A stretch of 63,512 nucleotides of DNA, counting the filler, from Collodictyon triciliatum (Eukaryota): NCBI GenBank assembly GCA_043381765.1. It is 10 parts of 10 records of this genome, joined end to end, with 100 filler letters (N's around TTAATTAATTAA, not from the genome) between each part and the next. Parts side by side here need not be neighbours in the genome. Positions count along the whole stretch, not along the records: positions 13,784 to 20,575 come from JBHJMP010004235.1; positions 20,676 to 27,467 come from JBHJMP010004236.1; 8 more parts are not named here. One strand, 5' to 3'. A model generated the notes under the pieces. That model made no database searches and was not told the DNA's origin. It was given only the letters and a program-made list of their open reading frames with translations. Positions 13,939 through 25,066 of this stretch are shown here, in pieces. Made by a program: the position numbers and the translations under genes. Every line of letters begins with the position of its first letter. The first letter of the stretch is position 1.

Positions 13939-15480
13939 CGTGTTCTGCAAGAGACAAAAGCCTGCCGAAGCAAGCGATTTTGAGATTCATTTTCCTCTCG
14001 TTACTATACGAATCCCTTTCTCTCCTGCGCAAGAAGAGCACTTGGGTTTGTTGGGTGCATCTTTTCTCGTTCTCTCTTTGGACTTTGGCGCTTGTGTATA
14101 GTTACATGCTGGTATTTTTTTTAAAGAGCGGTTGAAAGCGCGTCGTGGTATGTTTATGGGCTGTTGAGGGATTTTTTTCTGATGGATGGAACATTCGATG
14201 ATTTTAGTATATATGTATAATGATTGAATTCAAGTGATGGAAATTAATTCCCTTTAGGTGCGCTTAGCTTGGAAAAGAATATTCATTCTGTCGTGGAGGC
14301 CAGTGACGCAGCAATCTTAATGTACATATGTGGAATTTTTCTGATTCTTTCTTATTCCGCTCTATTCTGCTTCACTGAGGCTTGCCAAAGTTTAGTAAAG
14401 TGCAAGATTTTCTTTCCCTTTTTCTTTTTCGCTAGTGGGAAGGCTGGAGACATCGCACATACCGCAAAATACCAAACTGTGATGTACTATCGCACGAGAC
14501 TGCAATGCTATCGAGAAGGAACTGGATATACTGCAAACAAAGGTTGTCGTTGCAGCTGACCAAAAGCCCACCAACCGATATACCGACCCTCTATCCCCCT
14601 TTCTTTCTTCCCAAGTTATGAGTTATGCACCCGGTGTATTGGCACATGAGTATTGGTGTCGGGGGCGGCAACAAAGATTGCAGTACTGTGGAACTTTTAT
14701 TTTCCAGCTCAGCATCGATTGCCTAGAGATATTGCCGCTGAGTCTACATTTTAACACCTCTTTCAACCGCACCTGAGTAGTGCATTATGGTTGCAAGAAT
14801 GACGGGATGCAAATGCTTCATCTGTAGGCGAATTAGAAGCTATACGAGATTTTCTCATTTGAAAAAACATAGAGAAGTTGACTCTAATCAGCGCGTTAGC
14901 GTTGATGCAGACGCGACACCGTATCAAATTACCCAGGAACTTTCGTTCAACCTGCGGATTAATGTTTTTTTTTTTTAAAAAAAAATAAAATAAAATAAGA
15001 ATTCCTTAATACTCCTTTTTCTGCTATCGGAGCGACCGGTATAATTAGCCGACTACGATTCAACATGAACAATGGTGCGGTAAGTCACAGTAAGTCAATC
15101 ACTTTGAAACGTTGGGGCTTTGAAGTTGTCACAAAAATCTGGAGATTAATTCTACTTTGCATTAATTGATCATGAGTCACCTCACAGCATACAAAACATG
15201 AACAAGGGTACCACACACTTGGCTTGTTAAAAGCAGGTGAGGCCTAGAAATATGAGGTGATGTCCTACCAATGGCTACTATAGGTCTTCAACTTTGCGTC
15301 AGCTCAGAAAGGCTTGATTCCGGATGAAGGATGAATTTGAGGAAGCCCACAAAAATCAACATTTAATCAAGATAGGTCAACTTATATCCACGAGTTGATT
15401 TCTTTCCTTTTTTTTTTTCTTTTAAAAGTTACCATTTCGACATCTTGTTCATACGCATCATCATCATCATTTTTTATAGT

Positions 15481-17491
15481 TTAGAATTTCGGTCCACGCT
15501 TGCGGCCTGTGTATTTCGAGTCTGGTCTCACTTCTTTTCCTTGCCTGCGTTGACGCTCTTTCTTGTTCAATATCCATTCTTTCGCTTTTGATTTCATCGA
15601 CTTATCTTTATGCCTCCTGCGGGGTTGGGAGCTATAAACATGAATTTATCGATTTTATCAAGTTTAATCATAGTTACTTATAAGCGCGTAAGTGAAAAAT
15701 AAGAATAGTAGAAATCAGCTGACTTAAGGTCTCTTTGTTTTTGTGATACCTTCCTGATGCATTAGAGTCCTCTGCTTCATCACTCATTTCACCCACTCCC
15801 TTCGCTTTAGGTAGTTCGTAGTTTGTCGGAGCGCCCGCAAATAGGCAGAGAAAATACCTTTATGGGGAGAGTGGTGTCAGGAAAATGCAACTTAAGAAAG
15901 ATGTTAACCTCCGCTGTTCAGATATATATTGAATGCTCCTTCCGGACTCTGATTTAATCTGCAAAACATTAATCCTTTCACCTTGTTCCGATTGTTAATA
16001 TTTTCTTTTATTTTGAATGATACATGATAACGACTAGGTATAAAGTACTTTTTTGCCTTAGTGCTATTTGGATAGTCGACAACAAGACCTCCTGAGAAAC
16101 CGCATTTCATGGCACAGTTTGTAATTAGAGTGAGTTGTTGATCATCTTGAGGATAGAACTGGAAGACAGCTCCTATTAAGCGCAGAATGATTTGACTTTA
16201 GATATTATATAGGATTTATTGGAGACATGTGGACGAAAATGACGTTTCAAACAGTCGAAACACATACTGGCACCACGAACAAGACACTTGTATAGAGAAT
16301 TGAAGAATCTCATCAGGCGTTTGTGCGGTACATTGGACTTCTTGTCTGCATTACAAAGCCACTGGATGGCAGATATGCTATCTCGTGTTTATCATTATTT
16401 TATTTTATTTTTAGGGGAAAAAATGAATGAGCGAATGTGTACCACAACTGCATTTTGAAAAGTACAGCTTGAGATTTTCATTTCGCCACTTTCCATTATC
16501 GCATGTATCTAATGTAAATTCATAAGAATATCAACAATAAAGAGACCTGATAGCACCATCGAAGACCGCCTCACGCAGTCCCAGTCCATGACCAATATCT
16601 CTTTGGTAAAGGTCTCCCTCAGTCTCATTTTCTCTGGCCACGCCTTATTCAAGCGAGATCCAAAATTTTAGACTTCTTATTCTACAGACACACATTTCAC
16701 TCAAATACAAATATAATGGGAGATATATATAATGATACACAAATATTAGGGTTGGCTGGAGCTTTGAAATGTATGAAACTTTCGATCGAGTAAGTTTTCT
16801 TGAATGGACTTTTACATAGCAACAAATCCAGCTTGTATATTCCCATAAATAGTGGTTCAAAACTGAGAGGGTGACATGAAACATAGAAAGGAAGATGAAG
16901 GAACAATGAATCACGGAAGAAGCAAATATACTTACCAAGCATGTCATGACTTATATCGACACCTACAAATGTATGCCCGGCCTCAGTCAATACATCCCCA
17001 CTGAGTCCTGAACCACAACCAACGTCAAGCACATATGCGGGTTCGTTTGGAGGCAGATTCAGGAGCTCCAAAGCACGCTCAGTCATCTGAACTTGGATTT
17101 GCTGGATTCGAGAGCTGAACAAAAAAAAACAACCAAAACAACCAAAACAAAACAAAACAAAACAAAACAAAACAAAACAAAACAAAACAAAACAAAACAA
17201 AACAAAACAAAACAACCAAAACAAAACAACCAAAACAAAACAACCAAAACAAAACAAACAAAACAAAACAAAACAAAACAAAACAAACAAAACAAACAAA
17301 GAAGGTAAGATAAAGGAACAAAACGGAGAGAAGGGTGGCTCCAGGTAACCCTTTCGCCCCGGCAGCGTTTAAAATGAAAAAAAGAAATTAAACCATGCTG
17401 TAAGTTTGACAACAGATTTTTAAAAAGGATGTTACATACTTTGTGTGGTATTTGCGGGCCTCCGCTTCATTGTAGAACTGGAGCAGCGCGG

Positions 17492-17525
<34 letters not shown>

Positions 17526-17653
17526 TATTGGGGGCGTGATCAGAGACTCGAACGACAAATTATACAGCGCACTGCAAGACTTAAAGAAGGAGGGGGAAAT
17601 AAGAGTCTTGTACGAACCACTTCTGGGGGCGCAATCAACTCGGGCCGGCTCAT
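15481..17653 (-). CDS. BUD23: 18S rRNA m7G methyltransferase BUD23/WBSCR22, complete multi-exon gene
   Basis: Spliced product reads [22 protein letters not shown]...SRIQQIQ...[12 protein letters not shown]...[23 protein letters not shown]...[15 protein letters not shown]. Confidence 0.95.
17120..17300. repeat. (AAAAC)n intronic microsatellite
   Basis: Tandem run inside BUD23 intron 2. Confidence 0.9.
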
Positions 17654-18448
17654 TCTCTGGATTCTAAGTCTATGGCGGACTCTTTGTCTTTTACAGGTTT
17701 GTTTGCTCGCTTGTGGGGTTGTGGGTTTCCTTTGTGGTTTGCATCGGCCTTGAAAACGCAATGGCTATACGGCTTCTTTTGTGTGGTACAATGCATGCCA
17801 TATAGAATATACCATATATTTCCTTCATTCCTGTCAAAACCGCGCTTTTGGTTTGGCTTTTGTTTACCTTTGCTTTAGCGATGTCTTCCTTGCTTGTGAT
17901 GAATGGAAATATAGTCATATTGGTGGCCAGAACGTCCTTTTTTTTCTCTTCTGGTTGCTGTCTTTTTCTTCCTCTGGATAGGATAGAGCCGAATATATTA
18001 CTGCAGCATATTGCTAGGATGATCGAGTGAAGCAAAGAGAGAAAGAGAAAAAAAAGAAAGCAGGAAAAAAAAAAAAAAAAAAACTGCAACAAAAATCCTG
18101 TTTTGACATAGAACCAACCAAAAAGTAAGACTGCGGATGTCGCAACGTGAGAGGTCATCTTCTTGGTTCCAAAATGCTGTGGAGAAGGCATCTTCCGTCA
18201 GAAAGAGTAAGAATGATTCTTCTTTCCATGTCCTGTCTTTCATTTAAGCCATTCTCAAAAAAAAAAAAAAAAACGTCGGAATAAATTAAGAGTGCCACAG
18301 ATATATATACTTTTTCTTTTCTTTGTCTTTTCTTAATCTTAGTCTTTATCTTGTCTCAATCTTATCTTGATCTATTCTCCGTGTGTGATGTCTACGTATT
18401 TTTATTCTTTTTCTTTTTTCTTTTTTTTTTTGAAAAACTCTCCGCAAG

Positions 18449-20291
18449 TGTCTTTTCGGGGTGGCAGTCTCCGCGGATCATTTTCAGGAGAAAGTGGGAA
18501 GGGATCAACAAGGAGGGACGCTGAGGAACCGACAGACCCAGCATTGAAACCAAAGAAGTTCAAAGCCAAGGTTTTTCTCTTCTCTCTCTCTTTTTAAATA
18601 CCCAATCATCAGAAGAAGTGCACCATGCCATAAGTTGTTTTTTTTTTTAAAAAAAAAAAACATGGGTTTACATGTTTTCAAACAGATTCTGATACCATAA
18701 TTTTTTTTTCTAGAGAATGGGAGACATGCTGAAAGTTTATGTGGTGAGCATTTTCTTATATTATACTTTCAACAAGATGCAAGTTGCTCATTTAACACTG
18801 GATATCCTATCCAGTTATATACTTTACAAAACTTGAGAGTAAGTTGTTGTAATATAATATTTATTCGAAAAATATGCGAAAACATGCCGCATTATAGAGA
18901 TTTTCCGAGAGTCGAGTTTCTGTGCTAGATCGTGAAACAAAGGTCTGTAGTATGCGCCTTTAAATGCACGATGCGATTTTTATTTATTTATTTACTTACC
19001 TATGTATTCCTCATGGGTTCAAATGTCTATTCAAAGGAGGAGTACGAGAGATATGACTATCGAAAAATAAAATCCTTCCGTGCTCGAGAATTTGATAATC
19101 TCTTCGAGTTTGAATACACATACGATGAAAGACTCATTCTGGTTTCGTTTGAGACTAAATTTGTAAGATTCTTTATTCACGATGCAGCAAACATTTGTAT
19201 CCGTGTGTTTTGCCGCAACCATTTTAAATCGGATTAAATATCAAAGCCGACAGATATGTGCGATACCGCTTTAACTTTCACAAACTTGGTCGCTAAGGTA
19301 AATTATATATATAAATGCAATGGTTATTCTTGCAGTGTATATTATATTAAGACCTATTCACTAATGATTGTTTCAAAGAAAAAGAAAGTAGTCCTGCACA
19401 TTTGAAACTCATCTCTGCATGAAACTATAGCGGTCAGATTATAGCTCGGGTTCGTTCAGAGGAAGCAGAAGAGACTGTGAACCTCAAGAACCGAAAAAAG
19501 AAACTAGCTCTCTTCCTCTGCAAACATCAAGTTTTCCAAGTGACCAGAAAGAGGAAGTAGGTATTAAAGAAAAGTTTGAAAAGCTCACCGTTGGTGTCAA
19601 TGAAAAAGGAAGTAAGGGGGATGGTGACTCGACGCCAGAAACATGGTCCGAAATATCGTTGGATACGCCCAAAAAGTCGAATAAGACATTCAAGCAAAGC
19701 TTGATTGACAGCCAAAATGACCAAAGTCCTGCGGTTGAGGAAACAAAGAAAGAAACAGAAGCTGGCCTTACTGAACATCATGACGACTCCTCAGAAAGCT
19801 CATCCCGACAGAAATCAAAATCGTCATCATCATTCAAATACCTGCAAGCATTTCGAGAAAAATCAAAATCCTTCTCAAAACCTGCAATGGGCTTTAAGTC
19901 AAAATCCAAGTCAAAATCAAATTCCTCAGCGAAGGGTGGTGCTGATGAAGAACAGTATGCTGGTGACACAAATGAAGCCCAAGAAGTTCGAGGAGTGGAT
20001 GAAATTGAAGAAGCTGGGGAGTCTATCCAGTTAGAGGTTCAGGAAAGAAACACTGGCGTTGAAAATCTAGAAAATATGGAGAAAAAGTATTTTTCGAGTG
20101 ATGGAGATGATACCTCGGATTCAGATGAACTCTCGCACGAAGGCGATATTTTTGTGCCTGGCGATGACAGTGTAGTGGAGCAACTCATGACTCAGAACCT
20201 TAATGACGAAAAGAAGGATAGAGATGTGTTAGAACCCACAACGAGCGAGAATCACGATGAGGACTTTGTCGACCTTGTGATTGAAGATTAA
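18449..20291 (+). CDS. Protein with a single FERM-F3/IRS-PTB-like domain and a long acidic/Ser-rich tail; start uncertain
   Basis: Spliced LKVYV|RFSESRVSVLDRETK|EEYERYDYRKIKSF...SFETKF|PTDMCDTALTFTNL resembles the talin F3 pattern. The terminal exon ends at TAA 20291. Confidence 0.55.
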
Positions 20292-20390
20292 GCCGGCATC
20301 AAAGGAATCTCTTCTTACTTCTCCATTTTAAGATACCATAAATGATTCATGTTTACACGAAGGTGATGGCTCTGTGTACCTTTGAATTAT

Positions 20391-20575
20391 CTTCTTTTTC
20401 TTTTTCTTTTTCTTTTTCTTTTTCTTTTTCTTTTTCTTTTTCTTTTTCTTTTTCTTTTTCTTTTTCTTTTTCTTTTTCTTTGTCTTTTTCTTTTTCTTTT
20501 TCTTTTTCTTTTTCTTTTTCTTTTTCTTTTTCTTTTTCTTTTTCTTTTTCTTTTTCTTTTTCTTTTTCTTTTTCT
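20391..20575. repeat. (TTTTTC)n at contig end
   Basis: Tandem hexamer run. Confidence 0.95.
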
Positions 20576-20871
20576 NNNNNNNNNNNNNNNNNNNNNNNNN
20601 NNNNNNNNNNNNNNNNNNNTTAATTAATTAANNNNNNNNNNNNNNNNNNNNNNNNNNNNNNNNNNNNNNNNNNNNCCCAAATCAATTTTTGTTTTTGGCG
20701 AGGATGGCGCGAGTTCATACCATATATGGTCGTGAATTGGGTATATAAACGCACAAAATAATTGAGGATGAAATAAACTGATATTTATTTATTCTAGATA
20801 TATAGAATAAATAAATATCATTTTTTAATTTTCTTGGTAGTCACAACTAATCATATTCTGCGATACTCTAG

Positions 20872-21062
20872 GCTCTGTCTATGTCGTACAGAACAGTGGA
20901 TTAGGGTACTGGTACCAGACCAAGAAGTCCCTTGGTGTGAGCAGCGGGTCCGACCTCTTTGGTCGTTCTGTTGCCACAAACAATGATGGCATCATCATCG
21001 GTGCGCCATACGATAGTGTCACAGGAATGTACCGTGGAGCCCTTTACCTCGTTGCATACTAA
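20872..21062 (+). CDS. Terminal exon of an FG-GAP (integrin-alpha-type beta-propeller) repeat protein
   Basis: After a TAG acceptor: (G)SVYVVQNSGLGYWYQTKKSLGVSSGSDLFGRSVATNNDGIIIGAPYDSVTGMYRGALYLVAY*. This shows the FG...GAP...GAVY motif and is absent from the ORF track. Confidence 0.75.
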
Positions 21063-21910
21063 GCACTATCTAGTAGCAACTCTCCGTGTGTGGTTTGATG
21101 AGCAGAGCAGTAATCTCTCTGCCCAAGGAGGAACATCACATACCCGACGGCCATAATAAAGTCGCTTAGCTTCCTGGTGCCCCTTGGGGAAAACAATAAG
21201 GTTGTCAGCGAAATAAGAGTTAGCCCTATGAGAACACATGTAATGTTGTCATCATAACCAAAAAGACCCTACACAATCCAGCCTAAGAACAATGCACGAT
21301 GATTATGCCTCACAAGAGCTGAGGATGTCGCCAGCGCCACTTGTCTACTCATCGTGCATTCGCGCGCATATAGCCGAATCCCCACACCACAGCGATTCTA
21401 ATGGCCGAATGACGAGGTTGTCCACCAGTTTCCCTACCCTGATCCAACCACCCTTCGCTACAAAGTTTCGTCTAGAATTCTGGGCTTGCTCCCATCTCGG
21501 CTGGGAATGACTCTTGCTTTTTTTCTCTGCCTTGATATTTATTTCCAAGAGAGAAGGTCCTAATTGTGAGGTGTGAAAGAGAGCAGAGAAGGGATATGGG
21601 CAAGGGCATGAATTTTGAGTAATGTTGCAAGGGATGGAGCGGTACCCGATATTTGAGAAGTGGCGTCAAGGTTACGGATGAAATGGTGTTGCGAAATGGA
21701 AGCATAAGGGTGGGAGAAAGTAAGGAAAAGTGAACAGGGCCGATTGGTGATGGGCGGGTATTTGAAAGTGCTGAGATGGAGTGAAGTGATGCATGAGGTT
21801 AGTCATGAAAGTAGGAGATATTCTGCAAGTGTTTGATAGACATCCATCCTTCCAGCTTTTCTTTCTTTGATTTTCTTTCTTTTTGTTCGGGAACCTGTTT
21901 GTGGGGTTGA

Positions 21911-24277
21911 TCAATCTTTTGATAAGGCGACGTAGGGGCTCTCAGCCGGGCCACCACGAGCCGTGCGGAATTGTGCTAGGAAAGCATGAGTGCTGTGAAC
22001 GATTCCTTGGGCATCCATGATGTAAGGGACATTTGTCTGGGCAATGATGTCAGCAAGGTTATGATTGTCGGAGAGCTGGTCTGCCCCGACTTTGACCCAG
22101 ACAATTGTGCGCAAGTCTGGACCAAGGCATCCGAGAGCAAAAGAGGAAGCGTCAGAGTCTGAGAGACGAACAAGGACGGTCTGTTGGGAGCACCTGAGCA
22201 GCAAGGCCTCTGCGGCCTCGCGAGTGAGGAAGCCCTGAATTGCACGGCCATTCCACATGCCCAACACACCCGGGGCAGACGTGATTGTGTTGACTGCATC
22301 GTACGCCCAAGCCCAGCACAGCTCCGCCAGATTATTGAGCGTGATGTTCTCGTCCATGGCATCGGCGTTTGGGTTGGCCAAGCAGCGCATGCGGAGGTAG
22401 TCGAGGTCGCTGGAGGAGAGCGGACGCGGCTGCGTTCCGAGGAGACGGGCCAGTTGCCGCTGGATGCTGGCAGAGGTGGCTGTCCAGGTGGTTGTGTTGT
22501 TCTGAGAGGAGAAGGAGAAGGAGAAGGAGAAGGAGAAGGAGAAGGAGAAGGAGAAGGAGGGTTAGTGTTTGCACATGCCTTTTCTGGAGGAGTCTTGCAA
22601 AAAGGGGCCGGGGGGGGAGGGGAGGGGCACCTGCGGCATGGAGTCGGCCCAGATCTGGCGCAGGAGGGCGTCGCGGCGGCAGGTGAGGGCCTGGACGAGG
22701 ACGAGGGGGACGCGGTCGGAGAAGCCGAGGAGGGTCTGGTCGTTTGTGCCGTAGTGCCGGAAGGCGTAGAACTGCATGTGGAAGAGGAGCCCGTGGGACG
22801 GCACGTGCACAGTCAGGCGGTCGAAGAGCGCGCGCCCGGCATCCAGACGCTGCACGGCCCCCGTGAGAGGCGCGGGTCCGCCCGGCGGTGCTGCGACGGG
22901 GTGCATGTTGTGGTCCGTCAGCCGTGCCTCGATCACGATCCCGTCGCCGTCGCCGTCGTCTCCGTACGCGTGGGGGTCCGGCGGGAATTCGGCGATGAAG
23001 CCCGGGCGGAGGGGCGATCCTATGGCGTGTGCGGCTGCCCCCGGCCTCTGGACAAGCAGCACGCGCGCACGGAGCGGGGCCACGGGCGTCTGCGTCAGGC
23101 GGAGCGTGGGCGCAGGGGTTGCGGCGCGGCCATGGTCGGGACTGGACGGGCCAAATATGTGTTGTTGGATACGTGTGTGTGTATACATATGTGGAAAGGA
23201 GAGAGAGAGAGAGATTGTGGTTGTGATTCGTGGCGTGGCGGTGGTTATGACTGGACGGGCCAGAAGGGGCCGCCTGAGAGGGGCGCAGGTGCGAGGAGAG
23301 GGGGCCACGTACGGCGGGGGCAGGAGGAGGGGGCGCAGGGCGGGCGGCAGCAGCAGGAGGGCGGGGCGGTTGTCGTGGTCGAGGGCGTCGAGGCGTGCGC
23401 CGTGGCGGAGGAGGAGGCGGAGGAGGTCTGTGCGCGCGTGGAGGGCGGCGAGGTGGAGGGGCGTGTGGCCGGCGTCGTTTGCGGCGGTGGGGTCGGCGCC
23501 GTGGCGCAGGAGGAGGGCGACGGTGTCTGCGCCGTGTGCGGGCCCGTGTGCGGCGCAGCAGGGAGGGCAGCACCCGGCGTGGCGGACGGCCTCGTGCAGC
23601 GGCGTGTCCAGGGCGGCGTCGCGGGCGGCGGGGCGTGCACCGCGGGCGAGCAGCGTCTGCAGGATGCGCGTGCGCACGGCCGGCGGGGTGCATGCGCGCG
23701 CGGCGTGGTGCAGCGGCGTCAGCCCGTCCGCATCCGCATCCGCACCCGCATCCGCACCCGCATCCGCGCCCGCACCCGCGGCAGAGGCAGAGGCAGAGGC
23801 AGAGGCGGACAGCGTCAGCAGATCCACCAGCGCGGCGTGCCCGCCCAGGACGGCGGCGGCGAGCGGCGTGTGTCCCGCGTGGCTGCGGAGGCGCGGATCG
23901 GCCCCGTGCTGCAGCAGCCAGTGCGCCGTGGCAAAGTGCCCGTGCGTGCAGGCGGCGTGCAGCGGCGTCGCCCCGTCGTGGGCTGCACGCGCGTTGACCT
24001 CCGCCCCGCCGCCCACAAGCAGCGCCACCGTCTCCGTCGCCCCCGCCCCCGCCGCGTGGTGCACCGCCTGCAGCCCCGCCCCGTCCTCGGCATCCACCCG
24101 CACCCCCTGCCCCACAAGCCGCTCCGCACTCCCCGCTGCCCCCCGCCGCACCGCCCACACCACGCTCGGGTCCACCGGCCCCGCCTGCGCCTCTGCCTCT
24201 GCCTCTGCCTCTGCCTCTGTCTCTGTCTCTGTCTCTGTCGGCGGCACTCTCAGTCGCAGCGGCGTCAGTGCGTACAT
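21911..24277 (-). CDS. Ankyrin-repeat STAT-like protein (ANK x7-8, putative STAT DNA-binding domain, linker, SH2, Tyr tail); exons 24277-23313, 23141-22631, 22501-21911
   Basis: TPLH ankyrin repeats; linker RPLSSSDLDYL; SH2 WNGRAIQGFLTREAAEALL...VLVRLSDS; C-terminal SPYV. The GT-AG introns splice in frame. Confidence 0.8.
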
Positions 24278-25066
24278 TCCCGGTCGGCTCTCTGTGTGAA
24301 GGCGTGAGTCGTGTGCGTGCAGATCGAGAAGCCTGATAGTGCTGCTGGCAGGATCGAATGTGATTCCTGGGGCAAATGTTGGTTTTCGTCGTTGCTGCTG
24401 CTGCGGTTACGTGTGCGTTTCTGCAGGATTTCTGCGGATGTGAGGGTATGGTATTGGTTGTATGGTGGCGAATGCTGTGGATTGGCGCCTTTTTTCGTGC
24501 TGTTGTGCTTGGAATGGAAGGTGGGGCAGTTTCTGGGACTGGAAGAGGCGACTGATTGTGTACCGGCATAGCTTTGCAGCAAATGAGGAAATTTCCGCAT
24601 GAGACCTTTGGAGCCATTCATTAATAACTATTAGTAATCTTCGTAATATGTAAATATTTAATAACTATTTAAGGCCAATGTTTCAAAAAATAAATATAAT
24701 ATCATAATTCATATATGATAAATTCCATAAATAGAATTATAAATCCTTCTGGAACTGCCCAAGGCGTCGACACACGAAGATGAACGTGATGCGCATCACT
24801 ACAATCTTCGCACTGCTAGTTAATCCAGTACCCTCACCGGACTTGTTGCCAGGGGAGATTAAAAAAGTAAAATAAATGAAATAAAACAATACTAAATAAA
24901 TGCCCCTTTGTTGTTTTTGTCATTATTATTATTATTTTTTGAAAAGACTGGCATGCGTTACAGAGGCATACTTTTAGCTTGTTTTTATTCCCTGATGTAG
25001 GCAGGTGTGGATTGGGGACACGGTTTTACAGACATGGCACCAACACTTATACCAAGGGCTTGTCCC

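Noticed and set aside
14200-15400. Possible ncRNA or gene in the intergenic stretch
   Set aside because: I recognised no snRNA/snoRNA motif or consistent exon chain.
23140-23262. 14-nt direct repeat as the target-site duplication of an introner
   Set aside because: Splicing between the two copies breaks the frame; the in-frame donor lies upstream at 23312.
22184-24617. Long overlapping ORFs (707, 761 and 507 aa)
   Set aside because: These are shadow frames of a GC-rich gene; only the ankyrin/STAT frame has recognisable motifs.
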